Shown: piece after piece, positions 60,782 through 64,000 of the stretch
How the letters are laid out: each line of letters opens with the position of its first letter
How positions within the stretch are numbered: position 1 is the stretch's first letter
Source: Selaginella moellendorffii
Taxonomy: Eukaryota; Plantae; Lycopodiophyta
DNA: 64,000 nucleotides
Direction: 5' to 3'
Assembly: GCF_000143415.4 (NCBI RefSeq)
Contig: NW_003314364.1
Span: 348,561-412,560, forward strand
Notes under the pieces: model-generated
What the model was told of the DNA's origin: nothing
Databases searched by the model: none
Seen by the model: only the letters and a program-made list of their open reading frames with translations
Made by a program: the position numbers and the translations under genes

Positions 60782-61876
60782 TCGGGACTGAGACCGAGGC
60801 TAAGGCCGAGTCCGAGTCCGAGTCCAAGTCCGAGTCCAAGTCCGAGTCCGAGTCCGAGTCCGAGTCTGAGTTCGAATCTGAGAGGGTGAAAGCCCAAAGC
60901 GTTCGTCTCCCAGACCTTGGGGGGTTTGGTGAGCTCCAAAAGTATAGTAGGGGGAGGACTGCAGTGGAGCCAGTTTGGCCAGGAAAGGCCAATTTGGCCC
61001 AGAAAGCCTGTACCCAGTGTTGGGTGATGAGCTGCCCACTGGGAAGTCCAAAACTAAAGTGAACATAAACCGACAAGTGGGGTAGCTTGGTGAAGTGTTC
61101 AAGAGCCGGCTCTAGTTCCCCTGGGAGATCGACTGGACGATGCTCCCAGTCCAAGTGTGGGTGGCACTACCTACTTGGATACCAGGCGTGGCTCAACGGA
61201 ACCTCGCTCTAAGCCCACAGCTAGAGCACCTAAATGCGGAAGGTGGGGAGAGTACCCATGAGGGCTGCATAGGGCCATGGTGTTCCGAAATATTGTCCCA
61301 AAGTCCCAGACTGTGTAAAGGAAGAGGAGTAGCCCTTTGGTGTGGTGACCAAGGACACAATCACACAGTGAGGAAGTCCTAGAGGACAGTGAGACTTAGT
61401 GGTTAGGCTCGTAAGCCTTGATCCAATGGCAGTGTTGGCAAACACGGCCCAAGACAGAAAGGGACTTGGTGGGGACTGGAAAGGGGATATTGGGGAAGGC
61501 TATTCCCCATGGCTAGGGGCATCCTAAGGATGCTAAAGAGTGGATCTAGGATGATCACTCATGGACGAATGGCCCAGTCTTTGAGAGACAGGACTATGAT
61601 GTAGGTGGTGTTAGACCACCGATGTGACCAAGGTGAATGGGCATGGCCTTAACGTAACGGGCTGATATGACGGTGGTACTTTGGGGTGTCGGTCATGGGA
61701 TCGGACATGTGGAGCACTTGGACCAAGTGCAAAGGTTGAATGGCGGGGATGCCATTCTCAGGGCTAGCAAGCCCAAGTCCAAAATAGGACTTATGGAGGT
61801 TGTGAGTGAGACTCCTCTTAGTGGTCAGAAGTATGGTTAAGTGACTAAAGTTGAATGGAAAATTTAGTCGCTTACA
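60032..61876 (+). mobile_element. Solo LTR of the 1.8-kb family
   Basis: TGTGAGACAC...GTCGCTTACA flanked by TSD GGAAT (60027-60031 and 61877-61881). Removing it restores LPPEHGIQHEIDLVPG. Confidence 0.93.
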
Positions 61877-62122
61877 GGAATTCAGCATGAGATTGACTTG
61901 GTTCCTGGAGCTACTCTTTATTAGCGACAATTGACTCATACTAGTCCCATTAAAGATGAGGAGATTAATAAGCAGCTTGCTGAATACCTTTAGAGAGGGT
62001 GGTTATGAATCAGCAAGTCTCCTTGGGCTACTCCAGTAGTGATGGTCAAGAAAAAAGATGGTATATGGTGTCTCTGCATGAATTATAAGGGATTGAATGA
62101 TCAGACAGTGAAGAATATGTTC

Positions 62123-62483
62123 TGTCAAGACCCCCAACAAGATCAAGATTGGAAAATGCAAAAGACAAAGAGAAAAGCTAGTGGAAACGAAGAAAAAGCC
62201 TTAGACTAGCGTTGATTCAGATTGTGGAGAAATTAAACAAGGCTAACCTATATATACTATAAGTTGATGAAGCTCCACCACTCTTGGATTAAAGACGGCC
62301 TAAATATAGTTGAGGTTGAGGAGGCGCCATATCATCATCAGGAATGTGGCTCAAGACTTAGGAATTGTACGGGAAATTAAAGAGTCAGGAATAGGGAAGT
62401 GTCTCGAGAGTCAGGAATGTGGTCTGTAGGTCAGGAATCTGGCGAGAGTCAGGACTGTGGCAAGAATTGGGGGATTCCTGACA
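62123..62483. mobile_element. Solo LTR (361 bp) of another family
   Basis: TGTCA...TGACA termini with TSD TGTTC. Removing it restores the RT motif KNMFPIPRIDDL. Confidence 0.85.
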
Positions 62484-64000
62484 TGTTCCCAATCCCTCGT
62501 ATTGATGATTTGCTCAATCGTCTTTGTGGTGCTTAATATTTTTTGAAGATTGATTTAAGACAAAGGTATCATCAGATTTGTGTCAAGCCAGTGGATGTTC
62601 CAAAAACTGCATTTTGGATGAGAACAAGTCACTATGAATTTTTGATGATGCTATTTGGTTTAATAAATGCTCATGCAGCATTTTAGAGATTGATGAATCA
62701 AGTTCTACAACCTTGGGAAAGTTTGCAATTGATTATTTTGATGATATCTTGGTATTTTGCTCTTCAATAGAGGAACATGAGATGCATGTGTGAAGTGTTT
62801 TGCAACTTTTGAGGACAACAAACTCTACTCAAAGTTATCTAAGTGCAAGTTTTTCTTGGAGGAAATTGGATATCTCGGACATTTGATTTCAGTACATAGA
62901 GTAATAGTTGATCCCACAAAGATTCAAGTTGTCATTGATTGGCTTATACCTTCGATAAAACATGATCTCTATAGTTTCCTTGATATGGCTAAAGTTTTTT
63001 GACAAATTGTGAAGAATTTTTCTGAGATAGTAGCACCAATCTTCTCCAAAACATGCTACTATTCATAGTTGGGATAAGAAGTGTTAAATAGCATTTCAAT
63101 GTTTAAAGCAATGTTGTATCTTTGCTCCTGTGTTGAAGATTTGTTATCCTGAGAAGCCTCTTGTAGTCAAGACAGATGCAAGTGACATTGCTATTGGAGC
63201 CGTATTGCTTCAAGTTGGGCATCCTCTTGTGTACATGAGCCATAAGTTTGATGCCACACAGCGGAATTGGCCTACTCGAGACAAGGAGTTGTGTGCTATG
63301 ATTGCTGCTGTGAAGGAATGGTGACATTATCTGTATGGATTAGACTTCCATATGGATTTCGACCATCAGTCTTTCCAATTTTTCAGTCGACAAAAGGATC
63401 TTCGAGGCCGCCTTGCTTGTTGGCAAGAGTTCTTGTAGGAAATGTCTATTAAGATTTGATACACGCACAATGGTGACAATAAAATGGCTGATGTATTATC
63501 TAGGATGGTAAATTCTATCTCTTGGATGAGATTAAGGAGTTTGTTGACTTCAACTTCTTTATCACTAATATTTGCACGAAGGTTTTATTAAGGGACATCT
63601 TCGGGATGCTATCCCACTTATTCTTGGGTACACGTAGAGGATGATAGAGGCTAGGGAGCTTTTGATGATCAACTTTGACCGCTTGGTAGGTCAAACAACC
63701 ATGTACATACTTCTCAACATCTAACTTCATCCCAAGCCAAAATAAATGCCTCTTCACTAACATATAGATTCTTAGTACCCTTGGATGCCTAGCACTTGGC
63801 ATATTATGACACTCAACCAAAATCCATTTGATTCTAGAGGATATGCAAGACAAGCTTAAGTTGGCAAAGTTGAACATGAAGCAAACTCAAGATTGAAATA
63901 AAAGATTGGTTGGTGAGCATTATTGTCATCAAAAGTACAAAGTTGGTGACAAGGTTTTCCTTAAACTGTCAGATGCACAATGGTCTTTAAAAAGGGGTGG

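Larger units (their letters stand above)
58560..64000 (+). mobile_element. Degenerate Ty3/gypsy element running off the window, carrying two solo LTRs
   Basis: PBS TGGTATCGGA at ~58610. Remnants of gag (AFLWWKNY), protease (ILFGPSATHNFL), RT (FPIPRIDDL, YFDDILVF), RNase H (KTDASDIAIGAVL) and integrase. Confidence 0.8.

Overview
Eukaryotic land-plant genomic DNA. The 40-70 nt GT-AG introns, ~35-340 bp intergenic gaps and plant-type housekeeping genes suggest a very compact genome such as the lycophyte Selaginella (inference). There are four zones. (1) 1-8.4 kb is an unusual locus. A spliced gene (1060-5670) encodes a ParB/Srx-like domain followed by a degenerate beta-class DNA amino-methyltransferase-like domain. 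It is followed by a tandemly duplicated FCP1/NIF-type HAD phosphatase exon. The zone carries 15 copies of a 22-bp palindrome (ATGGCRTG-N6-CAYGCCAT) that I did not see elsewhere in the window; 7 copies sit inside the gene's introns. This ParB-like gene plus palindrome array (parS-like) is the best candidate for an undescribed system. (2) 8.4-18.3 kb is a non-coding LTR element (LARD-like) with a stack of partial ~1.8-kb LTRs containing hexamer arrays. (3) 19.4-39.6 kb is a dense housekeeping island: SEC6, SEC15, KRTCAP2-like, MSP1/ATAD1-like AAA ATPase, AIP1, PRK, sorbitol dehydrogenase and beta-adaptin. It includes a duplicated head-to-head SEC6/SEC15 pair with reciprocal pseudogenisation. (4) 40.9-64 kb is nested retroelements: two copies of one Ty3/gypsy family, two TRIMs, a degenerate L1-type LINE, a degenerate gypsy and two solo LTRs with target-site duplications (TSDs). 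One TRIM+gypsy composite is bounded by a single TSD. All calls were made by eye; no database searches were run.
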